DNA of 64,000 nt from an uncultured Gemmatimonadaceae bacterium (GCA_963781585.1 CAWAGQ010000014.1:1-64000), one strand, 5' to 3'. Counted from the stretch's first letter, positions 1 to 9,749 are shown. Made by a program: numbers and translations. Notes: a model not told the origin generated them from the sequence alone.

Positions 1-1
1 T

Positions 2-1378
2 CCCCACGTTCAGGTCCTTCACGATTTGCGGCGCCGAAGGCAGCAGCGTGGCAACAGACGAACCGGACAGCGACAGGTAGGCCACGGTCAGCTCTCCGGC
101 GACGATCCCGGAGAAGGCTGCCGCGGTGCTGACGAGCGGACGCCGGCCGAGGCTGAGCAGCAGGGCGGGGAAGAGCTGCGTGACGAAGTTGTACCCCATC
201 AGCAGCAGGTTCACGATCGCGGAGCCGCCGCGCAGCGTCAGGATGACGGCCAGCACCGTGATCACCGGCACGAGTCCGCGGGCCAGAAACGCGACGATCC
301 GGTCGGTCGTTCCCGGCACCAGCGGGCGGTACACGTTCTGCGCGAAGATCGTGGCGGCGGAAATGAGGATCATCGACCCCGGCACGAGCGCGGTCAGCAA
401 GCCGGCGGTGCCGATGAGACCGAGCATCGGCGCTCCGAAGGTCTGCCGTGAGATGCGCAGCAGTGACAGGTCCGCGTCGCTGCCCTGCAGTCCCGGGACC
501 ACGCGAATTGCCGCGAACCCTACGAAGAAGACGAACAGAATGATGAGCTGGTAGAGCGGCAGATAGATTGCGTTCTTGCGGAACACGTTCTCGTTGGTCG
601 CCGTGTACGTGCTCGCGAAGCTGTGCGGCCACATGAAGAAGCCGAGCGCCGTGAGCATCACGGTGGAGATGAACCAGGCCGGACTCATTCCCGCCGACGG
701 CAGCGTGAGAAACGTCGGATTGGCCGACTCGATGGCGGTGAACATCGCGTCATAGCCGCCGTAGTAGTGCAGCGGCAGGTAGATCCCGAGCCCGACCGCC
801 ACGCCGAGGATCATCACGTCCTTGAGCGCCGCCGTCCACGCCGATCCACGCACGCCCGAGACCACCACGTACCCCATGAGTGCGATCGAACCGGTCCACA
901 CGGCGGTGGTCGCGGTGATGTGGCCATACGATGCTTCCGATACGATGATCCCCAGTCCCTTGAGTTGGAGCACCAGATAGGGAACCAGCGCGATCACGCT
1001 CACCACCGCGACCAGGATGCCGAGAGCGCGGCTGTCGTACTTGACCGCGAAGAAGTCCGCCTGCGAGACGAGTCGTCGGGCCTGCGCGAATCGCCAGACG
1101 ACCGGCAGCAGGAAATACGAGATGCTGTAGGCGAGCGCACCGTAGCACAGGATGTAGAGCGCCGGAGCGCCCTTACCGTAGGCCCACCCGCTTCCGCCGA
1201 GGAAGGTGAAGGTGGTGTAGATCTCGCCCGCCATCAGCAGGAAGACGAAGATCGACCCGAACCCGCGTCCTCCGACACTCCACTGTTCGAGGTTCATCTC
1301 GTGGCCGCGGCGCGCCAGGAGGCCCAGCGAGATGGCGACCGCAAAGCCCGCCGCGAGGATCAGGAGGGCGGCGTTCAC
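2..1378 (-). CDS. Sodium:solute symporter family protein (YhjB-like); runs off the left edge of the window
   Basis: Absent from the ORF track. Manual translation from GTG at 1378 gives MNAALLILAAGFAVAISLGLLARRGHEMNLEQWSVGGRGFGSIFVFLLMAGEIYTTFTFLGGSGWAYGKG, a typical SSS N-terminus. GTGA overlap with the upstream DUF3311 gene. Confidence 0.9.
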   Translation of the reverse strand, partial: MNAALLILAAGFAVAISLGLLARRGHEMNLEQWSVGGRGFGSIFVFLLMAGEIYTTFTFLGGSGWAYGKGAPALYILCYGALAYSISYFLLPVVWRFAQARRLVSQADFFAVKYDSRALGILVAVVSVIALVPYLVLQLKGLGIIVSEASYGHITATTAVWTGSIALMGYVVVSGVRGSAWTAALKDVMILGVAVGLGIYLPLHYYGGYDAMFTAIESANPTFLTLPSAGMSPAWFISTVMLTALGFFMWPHSFASTYTATNENVFRKNAIYLPLYQLIILFVFFVGFAAIRVVPGLQGSDADLSLLRISRQTFGAPMLGLIGTAGLLTALVPGSMILISAATIFAQNVYRPLVPGTTDRIVAFLARGLVPVITVLAVILTLRGGSAIVNLLLMGYNFVTQLFPALLLSLGRRPLVSTAAAFSGIVAGELTVAYLSLSGSSVATLLPSAPQIVKDLNVG

Positions 1379-1572
1379 GGCTCGTTGTGGCGCCGGTCGA
1401 GGTAGTTGAGCAGGGCCATGCACCCCGATGTGACGATCACCCAGCCCAGGATCCAGAAGAGGAGGAAGGGGAGGCCCAGCACCCGCGCCCGGATGTGGTT
1501 GGCCCAGGGAACGCCGCCGAGCATCCCGATGGCCGGTACGAGGGCCAGCAGGTGGTAGGCGCGAAGCCTCAC
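1375..1572 (-). CDS. DUF3311 small membrane protein (YhjC-like partner of the symporter)
   Basis: 65 aa with two hydrophobic segments and the motif PWAN...VLGLPFLLFWILGW; directly upstream of the SSS gene. Confidence 0.85.
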   Translation of the reverse strand: MRLRAYHLLALVPAIGMLGGVPWANHIRARVLGLPFLLFWILGWVIVTSGCMALLNYLDRRHNEP

Positions 1573-2765
1573 GCGGGCGTCTCGGCCCCCAGGAATTCCA
1601 GCGCCGCCGCGACGAAGATCCGGGTGCCGTGATCGAGCGCACGCTCGTCGAGATCGAATCGTTCGTGGTGATGGGGAAACACCTTGCCGGTGGCCTCGTC
1701 GCGGGCGCCGATGAAGAAGAACGACCCCGGTGCGCGCTGCTGGTAGGCCGAGAAGTCCTCGCCGCCCATCGTGGGCAGCGCTTCGACCAGCATTTCCCTG
1801 CCTAACGCGCGGACTACCGCGCGTCGCAGGAGCGCGCTCGCCGTGGCGTCGTTGATGACCGGACGATACCCCTCCTCGTACACGAGCGTGAACGTGGCGC
1901 CGTGGGCGCTGGTGACGCCCTCCAGGATGCGGCGCATGAGCCCAGGCACCTTCACCCGCAGCGCCGGGTCGACCGTGCGCACCGTGCCCTCCAGCTCCAC
2001 GGACTCGGGAATCACGTTGTTCGTCGTGCCCCCCTGAATCCGGGTCACCGACACCACCGCCGGGGCGAACGGATCCAGGTTCCGGGAAACGATGTGCTGC
2101 AGGTTGATCACCGCCTCGGCGGCCACGACCACCGGGTCCACCGTGAACTGCGGCGCCGCCGCGTGCCCGCCGCTGCCGCGAACGGTGATCAGGAAGCGAT
2201 CAGGTGCGGCCATCAAGGGTCCGTCCTTTACGCCAACCTGGCCCACCGGGGAGAAGAGCCAGAGGTGCGCCCCGATCACCAGATCCACGCCGTCCATCAC
2301 ACCGGCCCGCACCAGTTCCTCGGCGCCGCCGGGCGCCAGCTCCTCGGCGTGCTGGAATATGAACCGCACTTCACCGTCCAGCTCATCGCGCCGGCCCACC
2401 AGCACTTTCACGGCGCCGAGCAGCATCGCCGTGTGACCGTCGTGTCCGCAGGCGTGCATCACGCCGTCGTTGTGGGAGACGAACGCGTGGGTGTTCTTCT
2501 CCTGAATGGGCAGCGCATCCATGTCGGCGCGGATCGCGAGCACGCGCCCTGGGCCCCGACCCCCTGAGAGACGCGCGACCACGCTCGTCGGGGTCGGTCG
2601 AGTGATCTCAAGTCCCCCGAATTCGGCGAGGGTGTCGGCGACGAACTGGGCGGTGCGCTCCTCGTGGAACGACAGCTCGGGGTATTCGTGCAGGTGGCGG
2701 CGCCAGCCGATGACCGTGTCGCGGACCGAATCGACCGTGGCGTGCGGAGAAATGGCGGTGGACAC
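1569..2765 (-). CDS. M20D family amidohydrolase (N-acyl-amino acid amidohydrolase/hippurate hydrolase-like)
   Basis: Motifs WRRHLHEYPELSF, RADMDALP, MHACGHDGH, FQHAEE, MGGEDFS, PHHH. Confidence 0.92.
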   Translation of the reverse strand: MSTAISPHATVDSVRDTVIGWRRHLHEYPELSFHEERTAQFVADTLAEFGGLEITRPTPTSVVARLSGGRGPGRVLAIRADMDALPIQEKNTHAFVSHNDGVMHACGHDGHTAMLLGAVKVLVGRRDELDGEVRFIFQHAEELAPGGAEELVRAGVMDGVDLVIGAHLWLFSPVGQVGVKDGPLMAAPDRFLITVRGSGGHAAAPQFTVDPVVVAAEAVINLQHIVSRNLDPFAPAVVSVTRIQGGTTNNVIPESVELEGTVRTVDPALRVKVPGLMRRILEGVTSAHGATFTLVYEEGYRPVINDATASALLRRAVVRALGREMLVEALPTMGGEDFSAYQQRAPGSFFFIGARDEATGKVFPHHHERFDLDERALDHGTRIFVAAALEFLGAETPA

Positions 2766-2928
2766 GCGGGCTCCGGTTGAAGCGAACGCAGGGTGAGACG
2801 CGAAGAGTCGGAGGGGACGGTTGCGTCCTCCCGCCGGCCAGCGGTTCCATGGGCGCGTCCCGTCTCGGCCTGGCGAAATGATGTGGTGCGAACCGCGGCC
2901 CCGGAACCCGACGGAGCCAATCCGAGGC

Positions 2929-3051
2929 GAGAAAATGGGGTCGGATTCTGAGAAAATCGGGGTCAGACCCGGATCATCGGTGCTCTCGCGAGCAGCGAAT
3001 CGGTCGGACTCGAATTATCCCTGCCTGTCGAAGGGAATCAGGGTCAGGCTC
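2929..3051. repeat. Degenerate REP-like cluster, four copies of roughly AAT(C)GGGGTCAGAC
   Basis: GAGAAAATGGGGTCGGA (2929), GAGAAAATCGGGGTCAGACCC (2950), AATCGGTCGGACTC (2998), AATCAGGGTCAGGCTC (3036), in a divergent intergenic region. Confidence 0.45.
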
Positions 3052-3203
3052 CACTCGTCACCGTCCGGGCTCAGCCTTCCACCCTGGCCCAGGTGTCCCG
3101 TCTTGACCTCCTGCCGCGACGACCCCACGTTCTCGCGCGACCACGCGGGTTCGTCGCGGTTTCACACGGTTCGCCTGGCGAGCCGCATCGAGACGGAGGT
3201 GCG

Positions 3204-3764
3204 ATGACGGGTCTCACTTCGCTACTGCTTCCCATCCTGCTCTCGGCGGTCATCGTCTTCGTGGCGAGTTCCATCATCCACATGGCGCTCCCGTGGCACA
3301 AGACTGACTACGGGAAGCTTCCGGAAGAACAGCGAGCCATGGACGCCCTGCGGCCGCTGGGCATTCCGCCGGGAGACTACATGGTCCCGCGTCCCGCGAG
3401 CATGGCCGACATGGGGTCGCCCGAATTCAAGGAGAGGATGGCCAAGGGTCCGGTCATGGTTGTCACGGTGCTGCCCAATGGCGGGATGGGGATGGGGCAG
3501 AATCTCGTCCTCTGGTTTCTGTATTCGGTGGTAATCGGGGTGTTCGCGGCGTACGTGGCCGGCCGGGCGCTCCCGCACGGCGCTCCGTACCTGAGCGTCT
3601 TCCGGTTCGCCGGCGTGACCGCGTTCGCGGGATACGCGCTCGGCCTGTGGCAGATGTCGATCTGGTATCGCCGCTCGTGGGCCATCACTGTCAAGTCCAC
3701 CATCGACGGCCTGATCTATGCTCTGCTCACCGCCGGCACGTTTGGTTGGCTCTGGCCACGATAG
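3204..3764 (+). CDS. Hypothetical multi-pass membrane protein
   Basis: GGAGG RBS before ATG 3204; about 4 hydrophobic helices; motif [11 protein letters not shown]. Confidence 0.75.
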   Translation: MTGLTSLLLPILLSAVIVFVASSIIHMALPWHKTDYGKLPEEQRAMDALRPLGIPPGDYMVPRPASMADMGSPEFKERMAKGPVMVVTVLPNGGMGMGQNLVLWFLYSVVIGVFAAYVAGRALPHGAPYLSVFRFAGVTAFAGYALGLWQMSIWYRRSWAITVKSTIDGLIYALLTAGTFGWLWPR

Positions 3765-3783
3765 TCACGATCTGGAGTTGACG

Positions 3784-4173
3784 ATGAAGATCCCGGGAGT
3801 ATTGGCCAGGCGCTGTATGCCGCTGGCGCTTGTCGCGCTCTTCACCACCGCGGCGTGGCAGGGTGCGAAGTTCCCCGTCGGGACGTTCGGCGCCACCGAT
3901 CCGGACGGGAATGTGATCGATCTGACCTTCGACACCGCCGGCGTGATCACCGCCTACGTCAATGACGAGGCATTCGCGCGCATGACCTATACGGTGCGCG
4001 GTGAGGAGTTTGGAGTCCTCGAGAGCAGCGCCCCTGCGGACTATTCCTGTTCCGACCTGAAGGGGACGTACAAATGGAAGCTCGACAACGACCATCTGAT
4101 CTTCACGATCGTTACCGACACGTGCGAGGTACGCGCGCGGTACTTCACCGGTCTGACCTGGGTACGGCGCTGA
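3784..4173 (+). CDS. Hypothetical secreted small beta-rich protein
   Basis: GGAG RBS, signal-peptide-like N-terminus, Cys pair (YSC...DTC), GTYKW motif. Confidence 0.65.
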   Translation: MKIPGVLARRCMPLALVALFTTAAWQGAKFPVGTFGATDPDGNVIDLTFDTAGVITAYVNDEAFARMTYTVRGEEFGVLESSAPADYSCSDLKGTYKWKLDNDHLIFTIVTDTCEVRARYFTGLTWVRR

Positions 4174-4207
4174 GCAGGCGGGACCGACCGGCTGCAGATA
4201 CGACGGC

Positions 4208-6385
4208 ATGAGATCGCGGGCTGTCGCCGCGGCCCTGTCCGCGCTGGCCGGAAGCGCCCCGCTGGCGCGGCTGAACGCGCCGGCTCCCGAGCTGTGGCGC
4301 CAGGTGGAGATCGTGCGCACTGCGCACGGCGTTCCGCACATCCGCGCCGAGAACCTGCGCGCGGCCGGCTATGCGCTGGCGTGGCTCCAGCTGGAGGACT
4401 ACGGCCCGCGGACGGCGCTGAACGTGCTGCGCGCGCACGGAGAAATGGCGGCGGTGTTCGGCCACGACAGCATCGAGTCGGACTTCGTATTCCAGCGGGC
4501 GCGTGCGCGCGCAATCGAGACGTATCACCTGCTCGATCAGGAAACGCGCGATCTGTACGACGGATTCGCGGCCGGCGTCAATCGTTATGTGGAGCTCCAC
4601 GGCGGGGAGTTTCCCGCCGGCATGCCGACGGACTTCACCGGATACGACGTCGCCACGCTCGATGTGGGGCTGCCCGGGTTCGCCGCGGCGCGTCGGTTTC
4701 TGGCGCGCATGCAGGGAGGGAGGGCCCGGGGCGATACCAGCCGAGGGAGCGGCGCCACCGAGGATCTGTCGGGCTCGACCGCGTGGCCCGACGTCGGATC
4801 GAACGCCTGGGCATTCGCGCCCAGCCGGACGAAATCGGGCAAGGCCATCCTGCTGCGCAACCCGCACCTGGCCTGGAGCGCGGGCTACTACGAGGCCCAG
4901 ATGACCGTGCCGGGGGTCGTCGATTTCTACGGCGACTTCCGCATCGGCGGCCCGTTCGCGGTGGTCGGAGGATTCAATCGGTATCTCGGGTGGGCCACCA
5001 CCAACAACGCGCAGCTGCGCGACGAGATCTACGCGCTCGACGTGGATTCGGGCGCCACCGATCACATCCTGCTCGACGGCGCCTCGCTTCCCCTCACCCG
5101 CGAGCTGGTGACGGTGGCGTTCCGGAACGGCCCGGGGTTGTCGACCGAGACGCGCGAGGTCTGGTCGACGCCGCTTGGCCCCGTGATTCTCCGGGCCAAT
5201 GGAAAGGTCTACATCGTCCGGACGGCGGGCGACGGCGACTTTCGCGGCGGTGAGCAGTTCCTGCGCATGATGCGCGCCACGTCCCTGGCGGAATGGAAGG
5301 ATGCGATGCGGATGCGCGCCCGCGTGACCTCGAACTTCACCTACGCGGACCGCGCCGGGAACATTCTCTTCCTCTGGAACGCCGCCCTGCCGCTGCTCCC
5401 GCATCCCTCGGGCGGCGACACGATCGCCATTCCCGTGCACGCGACCGGCGATGCCTGGACGCGATACGTGCCGTTCGACTCGCTGCCGCAGTTTCTCAAT
5501 CCCCGCGGCGGGTACGTGCATAACGAGAACAACTCCCCGCATTTCACCAACGTCCGGGAGCCGATCGACACCACCAACGCCTATCCGAACCTGCAGCCGC
5601 CCGACCTGTCGCTCCGGGCGCAGCTGGCCCTCCAGCTGGTGGGAGGGACGAACAAGCTGAGCCTCGAGGACGTGGTGCGGCTCAAGTTCAACTACCGCAT
5701 GCTGCTGGCGGATCGCGTGAAGCCCGATCTGGTGGCCGCGGTGAAGGCCACCGCGCCGGCCGGTGACGTGGCCGCGGCCCTGGCGCTGCTGGAACGCTGG
5801 GACAATACGGCGGCGCCGGACCGCAAGGGCGCCACGTTGTTCGAGGTGTGGTGGCAGCGATACGCGCAGCGGCAGGCCGATTCGCTCAGCTTCGCGACCG
5901 TGTGGTCGGCGGCCGATCCGTTGCGGACGCCGCGCGGCCTGGCCGACCCGGCGCGTGCGGCCGATGCCTTCGCCTGGGCGGTGCAGGAGACGGCGCGCCG
6001 CTACGGCAGCTGGGACGTGGCCTGGGGGGACGTGCACCGGGTGCGGCGTGGATCGGTGGACGTTCCGGTTGGCGGGTGCTCAGGCGCGTTAGGCTGCTTC
6101 CGGGTCCTGAACTTCGCCCGGGACCCCGACGGGAAACTGGAGGCTAATGGCGGCGACGGATGGATTCTGGCCGTCGAATTCGGCGACCTGCCACGCGCCT
6201 ACTCGGTGCTGGCCTACGGAGAGAGTCCGCGCCCGGACTCGCCGTGGCATTCGGATCAGGCCGAAATGTTCGCCCGCGGTGAGCTCAAACCCGTGGCCTT
6301 CACGGCGGCCGATGTGGATGCACAGACGGTGCTGCGGTACCGCCCGGGAGCAGCACCATCATCCGCGCCCGACCATCAGCAGTGA
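4208..6385 (+). CDS. Penicillin acylase family Ntn-hydrolase (PvdQ/AHL acylase-like)
   Basis: IVRTAHGVPHI, GSNAWA (catalytic Ser of the beta subunit), LLRNPHL, NFTYADRAGNI, WGDVHR. Confidence 0.9.
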   Translation: MRSRAVAAALSALAGSAPLARLNAPAPELWRQVEIVRTAHGVPHIRAENLRAAGYALAWLQLEDYGPRTALNVLRAHGEMAAVFGHDSIESDFVFQRARARAIETYHLLDQETRDLYDGFAAGVNRYVELHGGEFPAGMPTDFTGYDVATLDVGLPGFAAARRFLARMQGGRARGDTSRGSGATEDLSGSTAWPDVGSNAWAFAPSRTKSGKAILLRNPHLAWSAGYYEAQMTVPGVVDFYGDFRIGGPFAVVGGFNRYLGWATTNNAQLRDEIYALDVDSGATDHILLDGASLPLTRELVTVAFRNGPGLSTETREVWSTPLGPVILRANGKVYIVRTAGDGDFRGGEQFLRMMRATSLAEWKDAMRMRARVTSNFTYADRAGNILFLWNAALPLLPHPSGGDTIAIPVHATGDAWTRYVPFDSLPQFLNPRGGYVHNENNSPHFTNVREPIDTTNAYPNLQPPDLSLRAQLALQLVGGTNKLSLEDVVRLKFNYRMLLADRVKPDLVAAVKATAPAGDVAAALALLERWDNTAAPDRKGATLFEVWWQRYAQRQADSLSFATVWSAADPLRTPRGLADPARAADAFAWAVQETARRYGSWDVAWGDVHRVRRGSVDVPVGGCSGALGCFRVLNFARDPDGKLEANGGDGWILAVEFGDLPRAYSVLAYGESPRPDSPWHSDQAEMFARGELKPVAFTAADVDAQTVLRYRPGAAPSSAPDHQQ

Positions 6386-6431
6386 GTGCGCAGGCGCTGA
6401 GGCTTGGGGTTGTGACGAAGTAACTGAGTTC

Positions 6432-7725
6432 GAGAGCGTAAATCAATAACTGATTGATTCTGGTCACGACGCATTGTATGTTCATGGTCCATGGACCACA
6501 GCACGTTGCGTGCGAAGTTCAAGGGAATGCAGCCAACCTTTACAGAGCGGTCGCGCCGACTGTGGGCGGCCACCGAGGCGCGGGCGTTGGGCCATGGTGG
6601 AATTGCGGCCGTCGAAGCAGCAACCGGGATTTCGCGTTCGACGATTCAGCGCGGCCTGCGAGAACTCGAGTCGGGTGCTCACGTTGCGCTGGCCGCCGAT
6701 CGCACGCGTCGTGCCGGCGCCGGCCGAAAGCCCATCTATGAGACAGACCCGACGGTCTTCGACGAGCTGGAAGCCTTGATTGCTCCCGGGACCCGGGGGG
6801 ATCCGGAGTCGCCGCTGCGATGGACGACGAAGAGTGTGCGCGAGCTCGCGCAGGCGTTGACCGACCGAGGCCATCCCATCAGTCACACCCTGGTCGATCA
6901 GGTGTTGCACGATCTGAACTACAGCCTCCAAGCAAATGCCAAGACGCGCGAAGGCGAGCAGCATGAGGATCGGGATGCACAGTTCCGCTACATCAATGAG
7001 CTGGCGGAGAGCTATCAGCGCCGCCGTCAACCGGTGATCTCGGTCGATACGAAGAAGAAAGAGCTCGTCGGCGACTTCAAGAATGCCGGTCGAGAGTGGG
7101 AGCCCCAGGGGCGGCCGGCTCGCGTGCGCGTCCATGACTTTGAGGTGCCCGACCTCGGGAAGGCGATTCCATATGGCGCGTACGATCTGCAACGCAATCA
7201 AGGATGGGTGAGTGTCGGCATTGATCACGATACCGCGAGTTTTGCGGTCAACACGATTCGCCGCTGGTGGGCGGCCATGGGCCGCGCGGCCTATCCCGCC
7301 GCGAAATCCCTCCTCATTACTGCGGATGCGGGCGGCAGCAATGCGTCACGGTCCCACTTGTGGAAGTGGGAACTACATCGGTTTGCGATGCGCACGGGCT
7401 TGGAGGTGACCGTCTGTCATTTTCCGCCCGGAACGAGCAAGTGGAATAAGATCGAGCATCGCCTGTTCTCATTCATCGCCATGAACTGGCGGGGGAAGCC
7501 GCTCGAAAGCATCAGCACGATCCTCAGTCTGATTGCCGCGACGCACAGCCGAACGGGCCTCCGCGTGCGATCCGAGATCGACCACCGGCGGTATCCGAAA
7601 GGCGTGCGGATCAGCGAGGAGCAACTGGCGGCGTTACGTCTCACCGCACATCGCTTTCACGGCGAGTGGAACTACACGCTCCGCCCCCGATAGATCAAAT
7701 AAGCCACTTATATATTTACGACCTC
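6432..7725 (+). mobile_element. ISAzo13-family insertion sequence
   Basis: Imperfect terminal inverted repeats GAGAGCGTAAATCAATAACTG (6432) and GAGGTCGTAAATATATAAGTG (reverse complement ending 7725) around an ISAzo13-type transposase; no clear target duplication. Confidence 0.8.
6491..7693 (+). CDS. ISAzo13 family (Rhodopirellula-type) DDE transposase
   Basis: GDPESPLRWTTKS, ISVDTKKKELVG, VHDF, ITADAGGSN, HFPPGTSKWNKIEHRLFS, FHGEWNY. Confidence 0.95.
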   Translation: MDHSTLRAKFKGMQPTFTERSRRLWAATEARALGHGGIAAVEAATGISRSTIQRGLRELESGAHVALAADRTRRAGAGRKPIYETDPTVFDELEALIAPGTRGDPESPLRWTTKSVRELAQALTDRGHPISHTLVDQVLHDLNYSLQANAKTREGEQHEDRDAQFRYINELAESYQRRRQPVISVDTKKKELVGDFKNAGREWEPQGRPARVRVHDFEVPDLGKAIPYGAYDLQRNQGWVSVGIDHDTASFAVNTIRRWWAAMGRAAYPAAKSLLITADAGGSNASRSHLWKWELHRFAMRTGLEVTVCHFPPGTSKWNKIEHRLFSFIAMNWRGKPLESISTILSLIAATHSRTGLRVRSEIDHRRYPKGVRISEEQLAALRLTAHRFHGEWNYTLRPR

Positions 7726-7727
7726 TC

Positions 7728-7920
7728 AGGCCTGTTTGGTCCGCGGTTGCCCGCCGTTCCGACAGGCTCGCGGCAGTCATCGCCTCGCGGACCGCTGCCC
7801 GCCGCCCAGCCACGTCCCGAGGCGTTTGCCGGCAGGTCCTTCAAGAGCTGGATGTTCAGGCCGTCGATCGCGACCATGCGCTTTCGCTGGTCTTCTCCTC
7901 TTCCAGGCCACGCTCATCGC
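7728..7920 (-). pseudogene. Decayed IS3/IS407-type transposase remnant spanning the orfA end and orfB start
   Basis: Frameshifted fragments LEEE..KRMVA..LNIQLLKDL and VAGRRAAVREAMTAASLSERRA..TGL resemble an IS407 OrfA C-terminus and OrfB N-terminus; cut at the ISAzo13 right end. Confidence 0.6.
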
Positions 7921-8149
7921 CCCGTGGGGCGCGTGACCTTGACCGTCAACAGACGACCCTCACCAACGCCGGCGATCTGACTCTTGGGTGTCTGGCGCAC
8001 TAGGTCGAGAGCGGTTTGCCAGTCCGGATTAATTGGGCGTTTCGCAGCCAGTCCTGTCTTCCCTGTTCGCACCTGTGACTTCCGGATGGTTATGAGTGAA
8101 GATGATCTAGGATCTCCCGGGAGCCGGTCGTGCGTCCTTATCGCGAGTC

Positions 8150-8593
8150 TCAGCCCTTCTCCCAAGGTTTCCGATGTCGCAGCTGCTTCAGGGACGAGAA
8201 GAAGCGGGATACCTTCGTCTCCCGGACGGCGTAGGACGGCGGCAATGTCATCTGGTTGCTTAAGCTCATCATCGAAACAAGGATCCCGAGCAACCGCGCA
8301 ACCTCCGGATCTCTAGCGGCTCTCGGCATCGCCTTGCGGGTGCTGAGCAACTCTTGTAGTTGGACGCGGTCGGTGTCGGGAACAAGCTGAAGGATGCGTT
8401 CTATAGCCTCTCGCTCCGCTTTCGCCCGGGCTTCTGGCAAGAGCCTAGCCGCGTAGGATGCATCGACAACGACTGGATACGTCATGGCAGCCTGTCCGTT
8501 TCGAGCGCTGCTTAGTGGGGTGTAGTCGGAACACGCGACGGTAGCGGCAAGCACGAGGATGCCAAATACGGTCGCGGCATTGAGCCTCTACAT
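8150..8593 (-). pseudogene. Hypothetical lipoprotein with premature TAG at codon 2
   Basis: GGAGG (8606-8602), 8 nt spacer, then ATG TAG AGG CTC AAT..., giving M*RLNAATVFGILVLAATVA-C; in frame with ORF 8150..8554. Confidence 0.55.
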
Positions 8594-8785
8594 GGTGCAA
8601 ACCTCCCGCGCGGCGGCCCAGGTGGAATGCGTGGTGCACTGGCGATCTGCCACATCGCTATCTTCTGCCCCTGATCTACTGCGCGTACCACTCACCGTTC
8701 ATCGCGCATATCTGCCAGCCAGCCGGTCGCTCGTCATAAATGAAGCCACTCTCCTCACCATACTCGATTACGTAGACCTCGTAAC

Positions 8786-8877
8786 TGAGCTTGCCCCGAT
8801 TTAGTGGACGCGTAAGTGATAGGAATTACGCTGCCGCCCGCAACTGCTCTTCGTACGCCGCGGGGCTCACGTAACCC
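8786..8877 (-). mobile_element. Right-end remnant of an IS3-family element
   Basis: IR-like TGAGCTTGCCCCGATTTAGTGGACGC at 8786; 8876-8826 translates GYVSPAAYEEQLRAAA*, a typical IS3 OrfB C-terminal tail. Confidence 0.7.
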
Positions 8878-8891
8878 GGTAAGCTTCCCCG

Positions 8892-9749
8892 TCAAGGAGA
8901 CCACTCGTAATTAGACTCGGTGGGGAGAGTGGGCCTCGGGAGAAAGCTGCGCGGCGGCACCCGCCCGAGGCTGTCGTGGGGCCGCTGCGTGTTGTAGGTC
9001 GTGAGCCACTGCGCGGTGAGGTCGCGCACTTCCGCGATGGACGTGAAGACGCAGGCATCCAGCACTTCGGTGCGATAGGTCCGGTTGAAGCGTTCGATAT
9101 ACGCGTTCTGCTGCGGCTTCCCCGGCTGGATGTAGAGCAGCGCGATGCCGCGCTGGGCGCACCACCGGGTGATCGCGATTGAGGTCAGCTCCGGGCCGTT
9201 GTCGAGACGCAGGCCACTGGGCTGGCCGTGGACCGCGACGAGATCATCGAGCACCCCGATGACCCGAATGCTCGGGAGCGAGCGCGCCACCTCGATGGCG
9301 AGGCCTTCCCGATTCCCCTCATCCAGGATGTTGCACGTCCGAAAGCTGCGGCCGTCGTAGAGGGCATCCGTCATGAAGTCGAGCGCCCAGATGTGATTGA
9401 GCTGGGCTGGGGCCGCCAAGGGATGCGGCACCCGCTTCGGACGCCGACGCCGCGTGCGCCGCGGCAGATTGAGGCGGAGCGCGCAGTAGACGCGGTGGGC
9501 GCGCTTGTGATTCCAGGCGTGGCCGGTGTTCCGCAACCGATCAAAGCACTTCCAGAATCCCCAGCGGCTATTCACGGCGACCACCGCCTGCAACGCGTCG
9601 ATCACCGGCGCGTCGTGGAGCACGCGCTCTGTGGGCGGGCGGTAGTAGGCCGCCCGCGCCAGTCGGACCAGCCGGCAGGCACCCCGCACGGAGAGGCCGT
9701 GCGTGCCGGCGAGGATCTCGACTGCCTCCCGCTTCGCGGACGGCGTCAC
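8892..9749 (-). CDS. IS3 family transposase OrfB (DDE integrase core), probably expressed as an OrfAB fusion by -1 frameshift
   Basis: WALDFMTD, RLDNGPEL, IQPGKPQQNAYIERFNRTYR, YNTQRPHDSLG. Confidence 0.92.
   Translation of the reverse strand: MTPSAKREAVEILAGTHGLSVRGACRLVRLARAAYYRPPTERVLHDAPVIDALQAVVAVNSRWGFWKCFDRLRNTGHAWNHKRAHRVYCALRLNLPRRTRRRRPKRVPHPLAAPAQLNHIWALDFMTDALYDGRSFRTCNILDEGNREGLAIEVARSLPSIRVIGVLDDLVAVHGQPSGLRLDNGPELTSIAITRWCAQRGIALLYIQPGKPQQNAYIERFNRTYRTEVLDACVFTSIAEVRDLTAQWLTTYNTQRPHDSLGRVPPRSFLPRPTLPTESNYEWSP

Noticed and set aside
8588..8590. Amber readthrough (pyrrolysine or recoding) at codon 2 of the lipoprotein
   Set aside because: No pyl genes in the window, and TAG is used as a normal stop by many genes here.
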